A stretch of DNA of 64,000 nt from the human T2T-CHM13v2.0 reference genome, Homo sapiens, in NCBI RefSeq assembly GCF_009914755.1, contig NC_060938.1; one strand, 5' to 3'. Made by a program: the position numbers and the translations under genes. This document shows, in pieces, positions 29,701 to 41,668 of the stretch. Under the pieces are notes generated by a model, which was not told where the DNA came from, searched no databases, and saw only the letters and a list, made by a program, of their open reading frames with translations. The stretch's first letter is position 1. Every line of letters starts with the position of its first letter.

Positions 29701-32700
29701 ATGGAATGGAAGGGAATGGAATGAAATGGAATGGAGTGGAGTGGAGAGGAGTGGAATGGAATGGAGTGGAATGGAATGGAATAGAGTGGAATGGAGTGGA
29801 AAAGAGTAGAATGGAATGTGGTGGAATGAAATGGAGTGGAGTGGACTGGAGTAGAGTGGAATGGAATGCAGTGGAATGGAATGGAGTGTAATGGAATGGA
29901 ATGGAATGGAACGGAATGGAATGGAATGAAATGGTGAAAAGAAATGTGTGCTGAGATTGTGTCACTGCACTAAACCTGTGTGACAGAGGGAGATCCTGTC
30001 GAAAGAAAGGAATGAAATGGAAGGGATTGGAATGGAATGGATTGGAGTGGAGTGGAGTCGAATTGAGTGGAGTGGAGTGCTGTGGAATAGAATGGAATGG
30101 AATGGTGAAGTGAAATGTGAGATGAGACTGTACCACTGCACACCAGCCTGGGTGACAGAGTGAGATCCTGTCAAAAGAAAGGAATGGAATGGAGTGGAGT
30201 GGAGTGGAAAGTAGTGGAATGGAATGGGATGGAATGGAAAGGAGTGGAGTGGACTGGAATGGAGTGGAGTGGAATGGAGTGGAATGGATTGGAGTGGAGT
30301 GGAGTGGGATGGAATGGAATGGAATGGTGAAATGAAATGTGAGCTGAGATTGTGCCACTGCGCTCCAGGCTGGGTGACAGAGTGAGATACTTTCAAAAGA
30401 AAGGAATAGAATGGAATGCAGTGGAATGGAATGGCATGGAATGGAGTGGAGTGGGGTGAAGTGGAGTGGACTGGAATGGAGAGGAATGGAATAGGATGGA
30501 ATGGAATGGAATGAAGTGGAGATGAGTGGGGTGGAGTGGATTGCAGTGGAATGGAGCAGAATGGGATGGAGTGGAATGGAGTGGAGTGCAGTGGAGAGGA
30601 GAGGAGTGGAATGGAGTGGAATGGAATCGGATGTAAAGGAATTTAGTGGAGTGGAGTGGAACGGAGTGGTATGGAATGGAATTGAATGGAATGGAATGGT
30701 GAAATGAAATGTGATCTAAGATTGTGCCACTGAACTCCAGTCTGGTTGATAGAGTGAGATCCAGTAGAAATAAAGGAATGGAATGGAATGGTGTGGAGTG
30801 GAGTGGAGTGGAATGGAGTAGAGTGGAATGGAGTGGAGTGGAATGGAATGGCATGGAGTGGAGTGGAATGGAATGGAGTGGAGTGGAATGGAGTGGAGTG
30901 GAATGGAATGGAAAGGAGTGGAGTGGAATGGAATGGCATGGAATGGAGTGGAGTGGAGAGAAGTAGAGTGGAATGGAATGGAGTGGAGTGCAGTGGAGTG
31001 GAATGGAGTGGAGTCGAATGGAATGGGATGGAGTGGAATGGAATGGAGTGGAGTGGAGTGAAATAGAGTGGAATAGAATGGGATGGAATGGAATGCAATG
31101 GAATGGTGAAAAGAAATGTGAGCTGAGATTGTGATACTGCACTCCAGCCTTTGTGACAGAGTGAGATCCTGTGGAAAGAAAGGAATGGAATGGAATGGAG
31201 TGGAATGGAATGCAATGGAGGGGAGGGGAGTGGAATGGAGTGGAGTGGAGGGGAGTGGAATTGAGTTGAGTGGAGTGGAATAGAGTGGAATGGAATGGAG
31301 TGGAGTGGACTGGCATGGAGTGGAATGGAGTGGAGTGGATTGGAGTGGAATGGAGAGGAGTGGAGTAGAGTGGAATGGAATGGAGTGGAGTGGAATGGAG
31401 TGGCATGGAGTGGAATGGAGTGGAGTGGAGTGGAATGGAGAGGAGTGGAGTGGAGTGGAAGGGAATGGAATGGAATAGAGTGGAATGGAATGGAATGAAA
31501 TGGTGAAAAGAAATGTGTGCTGAGATTGTGCCACTGTGCTACAGCCTGTGTGACACAGGGAGATCCTTTTGAAGGAAAGGAGTGGAATGTAAGGGATTGG
31601 AATGGAATGGAATGGAATGGAATGGATTGGAGTGGAGTGGAGTGGAATGGAATTGAGTGGAGTGGAGTGCAGTGGAATGGAATGGAATGGAGTGGAATGG
31701 TGAAATGAAATGTGAGCTGAGATTGTGCCACTGCACACCAGCCTGGGTGACAGAGTGAGACCCTGTCAAAACAAAGGAATGGAATGGAGTGGAATGGAAT
31801 GGAGTGGAGTGGAAAGGAGTGGAATGGAAAGGAGTGGAATGGAATGGACTGGAATGGAGTGGAGTGGAATGGAATGGAATGGAATAGAATGGAATGGAAT
31901 GGTGAAATGAAATGTGTGCTGAGATTGTGCCACTACACTCCAGGCTGGGTGACAGAGTGAGATACTCTCGAAAGAAAGGAATGGAATGGAATGGAATGCA
32001 GTGTAATGTAATGTAATGGAATAGAATGGAATGGAGTGAACTGGAGAGGAGTGGAGTGAAGAGGAGTGGAGTGGAATGGAGAGGAATGGAATCGAATGAA
32101 GTGGAGTGGAGTGGAGTGCAGTGGAATGGAGCGGAATGGAATGGGATGGAGTGGAATGGAGTGGAGTACAGTGGAGTGGAGAGGAGTGGAATGGAGTGGA
32201 ATGGAATCGGATGTAATGGAATGTAGAGGAATGGAGTGGAGTGGAGTGGAGCCGAACGGAGTGGAATGGAATGGAAAGGAATGGAATGGAATGGAATGCA
32301 ATGGAAAGGAATGGAATGCAATTGAATGTAATGGAATAGAATGCAATGCAATGGAAAGTTGACATGTAATATGAGCTGAGATAGTGCCACTGCACTCCAG
32401 CCTGGGTGACACCTTGATATACTGTGGAAAGGAAGCTATGGAATGCAATGGAGTGAAATGGTATGGAATGGAATGGAATGGAGTTGAGTGGAGTGGAGTT
32501 TAGTGGAATGGAGTCGACTGGAGCGGAATGGAGTGGAATGGAGTGGAGTGGAGTGAAATAGAGAGGAATGGAATGGGATGGAATGGAATGCAATGGAATG
32601 GTGAAAAGAAATGTGAGCTGAGATTGTGCCACTGCACTCCAGCCTATGTGACAGAGTGAGATCCTTTGGAAAGAAAGGAACGGAATGGCATGGAATGGAA

Positions 32701-34556
32701 GGGAGTGGAGAGGAGTGGAGTGGAATGGAATGGAGTGGGATGGAATGGAGTGGGATGGAATGCAATGGAAATGAATGGAATGGAATGGAACAGAATGGAA
32801 CGGAATGGAATGGAATGGTGAAAAGAAATGTGTGCTGAGATTGTGCCACTGCGCTGCACCCTGTGTGAGAGGGAGATCCTGTTGAAAGAAAGGAGTGCAA
32901 TGGAAGGGATTGGAATTGAATGGAATGGAATAGGTTGGAGTGGAGTGGACTGGAATTCAGTGGATTGGAGTGGAGTACAGTGGAATGGAATGGAATGGAA
33001 TGGTGAATTGAAAAGTGGGCTGAGATTGTGTCAATGCACTCCAGCCTGGGTGACAGAGTGAGATCCTGTCAAAAGAAAGGAATGGAATCTAATGGAGTGG
33101 AATGGAATGGAGTGGAGTAGAGTGCATTGGAGAGGAAAGGAGTGGAATGGAATGGAAAGGAGTGGAGTGGAATGGAATGGAGTGGAGTGGAATGGATTGC
33201 AGTGGAGTGGAGTGGAGTGGAGCGGAATGGAACTGAGTGGATTGGAATTGAATGGAATGGTGAAATGAAATGTCAGCTGAGATTGTGCCACTGCTCTCCA
33301 GGCTGGGTGATGGAGTGAGATACTCTCAAAAGAAAGGAAAGGAAAGGAATGCAGTGGAATGGAATGGAGTGGACTGGAGTGGAGTGGAGGGAAGTGGAGT
33401 GGAGTGGAATGGAGAGGAATGGAATGGGATAGAATGGAATGGAATGAAGTGGAGTGGAGTGGGGTGGAGCGGAGTCCAGTGGAATGGAGTGGAATGGAAT
33501 GGGATGGAGTGGAATGGAGTGGTGGGGAGAGCAGTGGAGTGGAGAGGAGTGGAATGTAATCGGATGTTATAGAATGTAGTGGAGTGGAGTGGAACGGAAA
33601 GGAATGGAATACAATGGAATGCAATGGAATTCAATAGAATGCAATGGAATAGAATGCAATGAAATGGAAAGTTGACATGTAATGTGAGCAGAGATTGTGC
33701 CACTGCACTCCAGCCTGGGTGACACAGTGATATCCTGTCGAAACAAAGGAATGGAATGCAATGGAGTGAAGTGGAATGGAATGAAAGGGAGTGGAGTGGA
33801 GTGGAGTGGAGCAGAGTGGAGTGGAATGCAATGGAATGGAATGGAGTGGAGTGGAATGGAATGGAGTGGAATGGAATGGCATGGAATGGAGTGGAGTGGA
33901 ATGGAATGGAGAGGAATGGAGTAGAGTGGAGTGGAATGCAATGGAATGGAATGTAAAGGAAGGGAATGGAATGGAGTGGAGTGGAGTGGAATGTGGTGGA
34001 GAGGAGTGGAGGGGAGTAGAATGGAATGGAGTGGAATGAAATGGAATGGAGTGGAAAAGAGTGGAATGCAATGCAGTGGAATGAAACGGAGTGGAGTGGA
34101 CTGGAGTAAAGTGGAATGGAATGCAGTGGAATGGAATGGAGTGGAGTGTAGTGGAGTGGAATGGAATGGAATGGTGAAATGAAATGTGAGCTGAGATTGA
34201 GCCACTGTACTGCAGGCAGGGTGACAGAGTGAGATACGTTTGAAAGAAAGGAATAGCGTGGAATGCAGTGGAATCGAATGGAATGGAATGGAGTGGACTA
34301 GAGTGGAGTGGAGTGAGGTGAAGTAGAGTGGACTGGAATGGAGAGGAATGGAATGGGATGGGATGGAATGGAATGAAGTGGAGATGAGTGGGGTGGAGTG
34401 GATTGCAGTGGAATGGAGCAGAATGGAATGGGATGGAGTGGAATGGAGTGCAGTGGAGTGCAGTGGAGACGAGAGGAGTGGAATGGAGTGGAATGGAATT
34501 GGATATAATGGAATTTAATGTAGTGGAGTGGAGTAAAGTGGAACGGAGTGTTATGG
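26747..34556 (+). repeat. Composite satellite: GGAAT/GGAGT pentamer tracts punctuated by 26 Alu 3'-end fragments
   Basis: Recurrent gtgagctgagattgtgccactgcactccagcctgggtgacagagtgagatcctgtcaaaagaaagg about every 150-500 bp between mixed GGAAT/GGAGT tracts. Confidence 0.93.
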
Positions 34557-37500
34557 AATGGAAAGGAATAGAATGGATTCGAATGGAATGGAATGGAATG
34601 GAATGGACTCGAATGGAATGGAATCAAATGAAATGGAATCTAATGAAATGTAATCGAATGGAATGGACTCGAATGGAATGGAATGGAATCAAAAGGAATG
34701 GAAATGGAATGGACTCAAATGGAATGGACTGGAATGGAAGGCAATCGAATGGAATGGAATCGAATGGAATGGAATCAAATGTAATGGACTGGAATGGAAT
34801 GGATTCAAATGGAATGGACAGTAATGGAATGGTCCCGAAAGGAATGGAATGGAATGGAATGGAACGGACTCGAATGAAATGGCCTGGAATGGAATGGACT
34901 TGAATGGAATGGACTCGAGTGAAATGGAATCAAATGGAATGGAATAGAATTTAATGGAATGGAATGGAATGGATTGGAATGGAAAGGAATTGAATCGAAT
35001 CAAATGTTAAGGAATCAAATGGAAGGAAACGGAATGGAATGGAATGGATTCGAAGGGAATGGAATGGAATGGAATACAATGGAATGGAATGACATGGAAT
35101 GGAATGGAATGGATTCGAAAGGAATGGAATGGAATAGACTCAAAAGGAATGGACTCAAAAGGAATGGACTGGAATGGCATGGAATCAAATGGAATGGAAT
35201 GGAATTGAATGCAATGGAATGGAATGGAATGGACTCGAATGGAATGGAATGGAAAGGAATGGAATGGACTGGAATGAAATGGAATTGAATGGAATGGAAT
35301 GGACAGGAATGGAATGGACTCAAATGGAATGGAATCGAAAGGAATGGAATTGAATGGAATGGAATAGAATGGAATGGAATAGACTTGAAGGTAATGGACT
35401 GGAATGGAATGGACTTGAATGGAATGGACTCGAATGGAATGGAAACGAATGGAATGGAATCTAATTGAATGGAATCGAATGGAATGCCAACGAATGGAAT
35501 GGAATCAAATGAAAGGGAATCAATTGGAATGGACTCGAATGGAATGGACTCGAATGTAATGGACTGGACTGGAATGGTATGGAATGGAATTCAAAGCAAT
35601 GGAATGAAATGGAATGGATCCGAATGGAATGGACTGGAATGGACTGGACTGGAATGGACTGGAATGGAAAGGAATGGAATGGAAGGGAATGCATTGGACT
35701 CGAATGTAATGGAATTGCAAAGAATGGAATGGAATGGAATGGAATAGAATCAAACGGAATGGAATAGAATGGAATGGATAGGAATTGAATTGAATGGAAT
35801 GGCATGGAATGGAATCAAATGGAATGGAATGGAATGAATTCGAACGGAATGGAATGGAATGGACTTGAAAGGAATGGACTGGAATGGAATGGAATGGATT
35901 CAAATTTAATGGAATGGAATAGAATGGAATGGAATGGATTCGAATTTAATGGAATGGAATGGAATGGATTGGAATGGAATTGATTTGAATGGAATGGAAT
36001 CGAACGGACTGGAATGGAATGGAATGGAATCGAGTGGAATGGCATAAAATGCACTAGAATCTAATGGAATGGAATGGATTAAAATGGAATGGAATGGACT
36101 CGAATGGAATAGACTAGAATGGAATGGACTCGAAAGGAAGAGGAATCGAACGGAATGGAATAGAACAGAATGGAATCGAATCGGATGGCATGCAATCAGA
36201 TGGCATGCAATTGGATGGAACGGATTAGAATGGAATGGAATGCAATCGAAATTGAATGGAATGGACTGGAATGGAAAGGACTCGCATGGAATGGACTCGC
36301 ATGGAATGGAATGGAATGGAAAGGAAAGGAAAGGAAAGCAATGGAATAGAATGGTACGGACTTGAATGGAACGGACTCGAATGGAACAGACTTGAATGGA
36401 ATGGACTCGAATGGGGTGGAATCAAATGGGATGGAATCAAATGGAACGGACTGCAATGCAATGGACTTGAAAGGAATCGCCTCGAATGGAATGGAATGGT
36501 ATGGAATGGAATAGAGTGGATTGTACTCGAATGTAATCGACCGGAATGGAATGGAATTCAATGAAATGGACTTGAATGGAATGCAATCGAATGGAATGGA
36601 ATGGTATGGAATGGAATGGAATGTAATTCAATGTACTCGAATGGAATGTAATCGAATGGTATGCATTCGAATGGAATGTAATCCAATGGAATGGAATTGG
36701 ATGGAATGGACTGTAGTGGAATGGACTGGAATGGAATGGACTCAAAGGGAATGGATTGGAATGATATGGACTTGAATGGAATGGAATTGAATGGAAGGGA
36801 TTTGAACCGAAAGGAATGGAATTGAATGGAATGGAATGGAATGCCATGGAATGGAATCGAATGGAATGGAATCGAATGGAATGGAATCGAATGGAATGGA
36901 ATCGAATGGAATGGAATCGAATGGAGTGTAATAGTACAGTCTCGAATGGAATCTAATCGAATGGAATGGAAAGGAATGGAATGGAACCGAATGGAATGGA
37001 CTGGAATGGAATGGAATCGAATGGAATGGACTCAAAGGGAATGAAATGGAATGGAATGGACACGAATGGAATGGATTCGAATATAATGGATGCAAATGGA
37101 ATGGATTCAATTGGATGGACTCGAATGGAATGTAATCGAATGGAATGGAATCAAACGGGATGGAATCAAATGGAATAGAATCGAATGGAATGGAATCGAA
37201 TGGAATGGACTGGAATGGAATGGACTTGATTGGAATGGACTCGAATGGAATGGACTCGAAAGGAAATGAATCGAATGGAATGGAATAGAATGGAATGGAA
37301 TCTATTCTAATGGAATGGAATTGAATGGAATACAATCGAATGGAATACAATGGAATGGAATGGAATAGACTGGAACGGACTTGAATGGAATGGAATCTTC
37401 TTGAATGGAATGGATTGGAAGCGACTGGAATGGACTTGAATGGAATGGAATCTTCTGGAATGGAATGAAATGGATTTGATTGGAGTGGACTGGAATGGAG

Positions 37501-38002
37501 TGGACTAGAATGGAATGAACCCAAAAAGAAAGGAATCGAATGGAATGGAATAGAATTGAATGCAATGGAATGGAATGGAATACAATCAAATGGAATGGAA
37601 TCGAGTGGAATGGAATCGAGTGGAATGGAATCGAGTGGAATGGAATGGAATGGAATCGAATACAGTAGACTGGAATGGAATGGACTCGAATGGATTGGAC
37701 TGGAATGGAATGAACTCGAATGGAATGCAATCGAATGGAATGCAATCGAATGGAATGCAATCGAATGGAATGCAATCGAATGGAATGCAATCGAATGGAA
37801 TGCAATCGAATGGAATGCAATCGAATGGAATTAAATCGAATGGAATGGATTGGAATGGAATGGAATCGAATATAATGGAATGGAACATAATGGAATCAAA
37901 TGTAATGGACTCGAATGCAATTCAGTGGAATCGAATGGCCTCGAATGGAATGAACTTGAACGGAATGGAGTCTAATGTAATGGAATCGAATGCAATGGAA
38001 TC
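34557..38002 (+). repeat. Satellite III / HSat3 (GGAAT)n with GGACT/CGAAT variants
   Basis: ggaatggactcgaat and ggaatcgaat variants; almost no GGAGT, no Alu fragments, no HSat2 CATCATC motif. Confidence 0.93.
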
Positions 38003-38033
38003 ATATATATATATATATGTACACACACACACA
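38003..38033. repeat. (TA)n(CA)n microsatellite at the satellite/L1 junction
   Basis: atatatatatatatatgtacacacacacacac. Confidence 0.9.
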
Positions 38034-38039
38034 CCGAGT

Positions 38040-38495
38040 ACATGCCCAGTAGTGGGATTACTGGCTCAAATGGTATTTCCGTTTCTAGATCCTTGAGGAA
38101 TCACCAGACTGCCTTCCGCAATGGTTGAACTAATTCACACTCCCACCAACAGTGTAAAAGCATTCCTATTTCTCCACATCTGCTCCAGCATCTGTTGTTT
38201 CCTGAGCTTTTAACAATTGCCATTCTAAATGGCATGAGATTGTATCTCATTGTGGTTTTGATTTGCATTTCTCTAATGATCAGTGATGATGAGCTTTTTT
38301 TCAGATGTTTGCTGGCTGCATAAATGTATTCTTTTGAGAAGTGTCTGTTCATATCCTTTGCCCACTTTTTGATGAGATTGTTCTTTTCTTGTAAATTTGT
38401 TAAAGTTCCTTGTAGATTCTAGATATTAGGCCTTTGTCAGATGGACAGATTGCAAACATTTCCTCCCATTCTGTAGGTTGCCTGTTCACTCTGAT
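38040..38495 (-). mobile_element. L1P ORF2 C-terminal segment (non-inverted part of a twin-primed L1; 3' end missing)
   Basis: ORF 38101-38352 [13 protein letters not shown]...[25 protein letters not shown]. Confidence 0.9.
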
Positions 38496-39538
38496 CATAG
38501 TATTGGAAGTTCTGGCCAGGGTAATCGGCAAGAGAAAGAAATAAATGGTATTCAAATAGGAAGAAAGGAAGTCGAGTTGTCTCTGTTTGTAGATGACATG
38601 ATTGTATATTTAGAAAACCAAATCGTCTCAGCCCCAAATCTCCTTCAGCTGATAAGCAACTTCCTCATAGTCTCAGGATACAAAGTCAATGTGCAAAATT
38701 CACAAGCCTTCCTATACACCAGTAATAGAGCACTAAATCATGAGTGAACTCCCATACACAATTGCTACAAAGAGAATAAAATAACAAGGAATACAACTCA
38801 CAAGGGATTTGAAGGACCTCTTTAAGGAGAACTACAAACCACCACTCAAGGAAATAAGAGGACACAAACAAATGGAAAAGCATTCCATGCTTATGGATAG
38901 GAAGAATCAATATCTTGAAAATGGCCATACTGCCCAAAGTAATTTGTAGGTTCAATGCTATACCCATCAAGCTATCATTGACTTTCTTCACATAATTAGA
39001 AAAAACTACTTTAAATTTCATATGGAACCAAAAAAAGAGCCCACATAGCCAAGACAATCCTAAGCAAAAAGAACAAAGCTAGAGGCATCATGCTACCTGA
39101 CTTCAAACTATACTACTAGGCCACAGTAATGAAAACAGTATGGTACTGGTACCAAAAGAGATATATAGACCAATGCAACAGAACAGAGGCCTCATAAATA
39201 ATGCCATACATCTACACCATCTGATCTTTGACAAACCTGACAAAAGCAATGGGGAAAGGATTCCCTATTTAATAAATGGTGTTGGGAAAACTGGCTAGCC
39301 TTATGCAGGAAACTGAAACTGGACCCCTTCCTTACATTTTATACAAAAATTAACTCAAGATGCACTAAAGACTTAAAAGTCAGTTCTAAATGTGTAAAAA
39401 CCCTGGATGAAAACCTAGGCAGTGCCATTCAGGACATAGGCATGGGCAAATACTTCATGACTAAAACACCAAAAGCAATGGCAACAAAAGCCAAAATTGA
39501 CAAATGGGATCTAATTAAACTAAAGAACTTGTGTGCAG
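38496..39538 (+). mobile_element. L1P ORF2 RT-region segment (inverted part of the same L1)
   Basis: catagtattggaagttctggccagg (IVLEVLAR)...[12 protein letters not shown]...gacaaatgggatctaattaaactaaagaacttgtgtgcag. Confidence 0.9.
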
Positions 39539-41632
39539 TTTTATTTGGGAATGTGCGTGGGGTACCTCTGAGTTTTAAAAATGAAGAAAGTAAGTAGTCG
39601 TGCTTTTCTGACTCTTTGGTAGACATAGCCTTTTAAGACAGTCATTCTGAGCTGTTATGGTCTTAGGGTTTTCTGTACTACTAAAACTTATTGACGACAT
39701 CTAACCAACGTGAATTAAATTTTTTTTTAAAAAAGAAAATCACCCAAATACACATTAAAAACCTCTTACAACATATGTGCACATTCATAGATACCCTGTA
39801 GAACTTGATTTTGTGTATTAAAACCTTGTAGAAAAGTTCAGACAGTGCACACAATGACTGCAACTTGGTCTTTGCAAAATCAGTGATATATATTTCAGAT
39901 CTATCCACATTGACCCAGCGAGGTGTTTGATTTATTGTATGATCTAATGATATGCCATGTGATGACTGCAGCATATTTAATTATGCTTTTTTCATGCTGA
40001 TACCATATGGTCATAAATATGATGACATACCAGCATAGATATGCTTATGTGGTTGCTTTTATTGATTTATACTATATTAGAAATGAAACAGAAGTATTAG
40101 AAATCCTAGCAAGCATAGCTGTATCTCTCCCATGGCTGTGTTGATTGCAACTGTTTCCCCCTTAAAGTATGTCTTTTTGACATGTCATGACCCTGAGAAA
40201 ATCCAGTGTATGCTTTTCAGAGAATGACAGTAAGGAGAGGAAATGGCTGATGGTCAAAGTGTTACTTGTTCTCTTGGCTCCCCCTCATGAATGTTAAACT
40301 CTAAACTACTCAGGTCACAATTTAGAACCCCTTTGTTGATCCCCACAGAGTGTTCCCGGATGTCAAATGACAAATAGGCCCTTGAAGAAAAAACACCCTG
40401 TAAAGCCATATTGCTCTGGTTTTTGTGTGTGAATGTGTGTGTGTGTGTGTATCTGTGCGTATTTTTTTCTCTTCTGAAAACTGTTAATAGAATAATTTTC
40501 ATTACAAACGAAAATATTTCTGTTCCACATTTATTTCCTGTCTCATAGCACTCTGCTCTTCTTGGATCTAGTAAGGATCTCAGCATTACTTATTTATACA
40601 TGCAAAAAATTACATCATTCTTCATTTTTCATGTCAATTACTGACATGTTTTCAAGTCTTCACAAGTTATTTCTGAAGATGTTGGTTCATTGAGGAGAGG
40701 CAGTGTCATTGTAGTTAAAGAAGTTTTTAAATAGGTTATGTTCAATAACATTTCAGAGCCTGTTTCTCTGGAAGGCATAGACATAGTGGTTTTATGCGTA
40801 GTTAAACATAAAATAGCTCCACAAAGTCTTTTGTACGTGAAAGTGTTCATATCCTGGAAGATTCTAATTTACTACTCAGTACTGTCTCCTGGAGAGGAAA
40901 ATAGGTAAGATAGGCTGCTGAGCCTATGATAATAACTCATGATATGAGGTGAAAGTATAGAGCCAAAATGAGAGATGATACTCAAACCGATGTGAGTGAA
41001 GAACAGCTGTGAAAGTGTCTATGGGAGAGAGAAGGCCATGGCGCTGCTTTTGTGAAGAAGGAATTTGTACACGTTAGTCAAGTGTCTGATACATTTAACA
41101 TTTTAGTAAAGCAAAACCTTATCTTCACATGTGTCAGAATGGGATTGTACAGATGTCAGAATACAGTAGTGGTGAGAATAATGAAGAAATGAAAGTGGAG
41201 GGCAACGTATGAAGTCCACCAATATGGATATTAGATTTATGAATGAAAAAGAGTGTATGTCAAACTGGGCAGAACAAAGAAAGCAGCTAGCTAGGTAATT
41301 TGGAGTCTTCTGATGAGGAGACTTGTGGGGAGTCACTTAATGGAAAGCAGAAGTTAGAAGGATGAGGGTGACCCCCAGGGTTTCACTTCTTCTCCCTAGA
41401 AGTTTTGCACATCAATGATATGTGCTTCGTTCACGTCAGTTAGCATATTGGGATGCAGCTTAATCTAGAAAAAGTTTTTTCTTTAGGAAAGCTGTGCTTG
41501 CTGAAGTAGTTATTTCATACCTGAGAGACCCCTATGGTATATTATTTCAAACTAGCTTTAGAAACAAAGTAGTAAAAGAATGTATATCTTGAGTACTAAA
41601 AAAAAACTACCAATATTCTTGGCAATCATGAC

Positions 41633-41668
41633 ATATCTATATATAGATATATATCTATATATAGATAT
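41633..41668. repeat. 36-bp perfect AT-rich palindrome
   Basis: atatctatatatagatat (self-complementary 18-mer) x2. Confidence 0.9.

Noticed and set aside
26747-34556. CRISPR array (repeat-spacer appearance)
   Set aside because: Repeats are Alu-derived and diverged, spacers are low-complexity pentamer tracts of variable length, there are no cas genes, and the DNA is primate.
34557-38002. HSat2 or telomeric repeat
   Set aside because: No CATCATC-containing 23/26-bp HSat2 units and no TTAGGG arrays seen.
26685-38096. Long ORFs (up to 494 aa; HSIPF/MEWNG repeats)
   Set aside because: Pentamer repeats lack stop codons in most frames; overlapping ORFs in all frames are an artefact.
40660-40780. 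Possible degenerate ANKRD20A/26-like exon (gaagatgttggttca..)
   Set aside because: Resemblance too short and no convincing splice sites by eye.
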